Shown here: positions 63,474 to 64,000 of the stretch, piece by piece
Layout of the letters: each line of letters opens with the position of its first letter
Numbering within the stretch: the first letter of the stretch is position 1
NCBI RefSeq assembly: GCF_037042905.1
Contig: NC_087245.1
Coordinates: 38,006,001-38,070,000 of the forward strand
Reading direction: 5' to 3'
Source: Lytechinus pictus
Lineage: Eukaryota
DNA length: 64,000 nucleotides
The notes under the pieces: generated by a model
Told to the model about the DNA's origin: nothing
What the model saw: the letters and a program-made list of their open reading frames with translations, nothing else
Database searches by the model: none
Made by a program: the position numbers and the translations under genes

Positions 63474-64000
63474 GTGAGTTAATCCAGCTTATGAGACAGG
63501 TCAAAATTTAAACCCACCTATTTGGAATTAAAGGTATCATTTTAATGTGTGAGCAGCAGATATTAGACAAAAATTCTCAAACTAAGATGAAACATGTGTA
63601 TGAGTGATTGTTTTTGTCCTTAAAAAAGATGAAAAACACCATATACATGTATAGAGGATGACAAACTACAATTTAAAAAAAATTGTGATTTTGTGATTTT
63701 TTAGCCTGATTTTCTTCTTTGGGTATACTGCCCAACGCCCCACAATGGGAGCCAACCAGGCAGGAAGTGCGCAGATGTTGATGGCACAGAGAGAGAAGAT
63801 TTTGATAGCCGTCTCTGAGACACATTTAGCTCATAGCCAGTTTTCTCAAATTCAAAAATTCTGTTGACTGCCCTCTGTTGGGTTGACTTTTACACACAGA
63901 GTTTGGTTCAGCACTGTGCATTGTACATACACACTATTGTTCATGCTGGGTTCATCCAGAGTTCATGCGTTGTAGTCCAAATTTGCTCTATACACACAGT

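Overview
AT-rich metazoan genomic DNA; the repeat families and a SURL/Mag-type retrotransposon suggest an echinoderm, probably a sea urchin. Three intron-containing host genes were reconstructed by hand. RIOK3 (+ strand, 10 exons, 797-13317) is 5'-incomplete. UQCC1 (- strand, 9 exons, 30558-20529) is complete and convergent with RIOK3. LDAH (+ strand, 4 coding exons, 58901-63473) is 3'-incomplete and divergent from UQCC1. Between the UQCC1 promoter and the first LDAH coding exon lies a ~27.5 kb nest of mobile DNA. Its scaffold is an older non-autonomous Gypsy-type LTR element (tRNA-Ser PBS) encoding an unusual Gag (ComEA-like helix-hairpin-helix, capsid NTD, coiled coil). An intact -1 frameshift slippery site and pseudoknot lead into a ~210-aa ORF that retains only a protease stub. 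Inserted in this scaffold are an EnSpm-like element, a Kolobok element (itself holding an ISL2EU-like element with an X-box array), a young BEL/Pao element with no tRNA PBS but a possible self-primer, an intact Mag-clade Gypsy element and a solo LTR. Introns carry SINEs, MITEs, Helentron-type HINEs, Penelope-type remnants with hammerhead ribozyme motifs, and tandem repeats built from UQCC1 exon ends. Two assembly gaps are present. All coordinates were read by eye.
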